Of a stretch of 21,162 nucleotides of DNA, positions 1-21,162 are shown piece by piece. Where the stretch lies: NCBI GenBank assembly GCA_030141605.1, contig JAQGDQ010001917.1, positions 1-21,162 of the forward strand. Direction: 5' to 3'. Position 1 is the first letter of the stretch. Each line of letters begins with the position of its first letter. A model generated the notes under the pieces. That model was not told the DNA's origin, did not search any database, and saw only the letters and a list, made by a program, of their open reading frames with translations. Both the position numbers and the translations under genes were made by a program. The stretch comes from Tubiluchus corallicola. Lineage: Eukaryota; Animalia; Priapulida.

Positions 1-107
1 TATTAGGCCTTTCTGTACTTGGCTCCTTGACCAAACTGCTTGTGGCCCGCAGGAATTGCAGGAAAGTTTAATGTGGCCCGGCTAGTCAGATAATTTCCAC
101 ACCCCTG
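1..107 (-). mobile_element. hAT (Charlie/Buster-type) MITE family A, copy 1, reverse orientation, cut by window start
   Basis: Reverse complement of the first ~107 nt of the copies at 15229 and 19621. Ends ...ccacacccctg, followed by ctttaaat. Confidence 0.85.
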
Positions 108-726
108 CTTTAAATAGTACTAATCTTACATATATATCTTGAGAGGCACATGTTGTTTTTTATTTATCATGTGTTATTTAGTGCTGTTTTTACTTCGTCA
201 TTTAGTTTTCTTTGCTGATGGTCCTTCTTTAATTCAGGACTCTCAAGATTGCGGGACAGAAGTGCTGACTGGTGCTTGTGTATAGAGTGTAGCGACTTGA
301 TTTTTAATAAATTGATCAATCTCTTGATCTTTGCAAAACTGCAGGTCATTTGTGATTCGAAAATTTAGTCGAAAATCTTTAAAACTGAATTGGAATTCGA
401 TTTGGATTCGACATCTCGAAATAGTCTCCGAAGACTAATCAGGTTAAGTAAATAGTAAGCAGTGCTGTGACAATTAAAAAGTTTTCTGCATTTCGTCATC
501 CATCAGATATCCAACATCTACCAACTCCGTGTCTTTGAATTGGGAAGAAAAATTTTGTGAAAACAACGAAAAAATGTCCGAAAATGAAATAACTGCTTTC
601 AGTTGCATTTGGTGACCCTGATAGACACTAATTCCAGAAACCTTCCATCAATTTATATGTCCACTAAGAATTTCTTTCTCAATGCAGTATGTTACTAATG
701 AAAGATTTTCTATATGTATGTTACAG

Positions 727-21162
<20,436 letters not shown>

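Noticed and set aside
354-436. TCGAA-rich patch resembling hAT subterminal repeats
   Set aside because: No TIR pair or TSD could be defined.

Overview
AT-rich eukaryotic (invertebrate-metazoan-like) genomic DNA, not prokaryotic. The whole window lies inside one + strand polycystin-1-family (PKD1-like) gene. Ten exons (727-847, 2915-3074, 4838-4976, 7210-7317, 8270-8402, 10028-10145, 13763-13823, 14131-15122, 18146-18316, 21107->21162) splice GT-AG in compatible phases into about 686 uninterrupted codons. These cover the PLAT/LH2 domain, TM2-TM5, TM6 and the start of the following extracellular region; both ends of the gene are outside the window. The introns carry three copies of a ~500-bp hAT MITE, a second hAT MITE, a piggyBac MITE, an internally deleted Tc1 element, RTE and L2/CR1-type LINE 3' fragments, a tRNA-type SINE, microsatellites and a homogeneous 127-bp x ~21 satellite. 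The most notable non-coding signals are a minimal Penelope-type hammerhead ribozyme motif in sense orientation in an intron (17052-17090) and the satellite, whose units carry a hairpin and a splice-acceptor-like end. I found no convincing evidence of a wholly new biological system. Family assignments come from motif recognition, not database searches.
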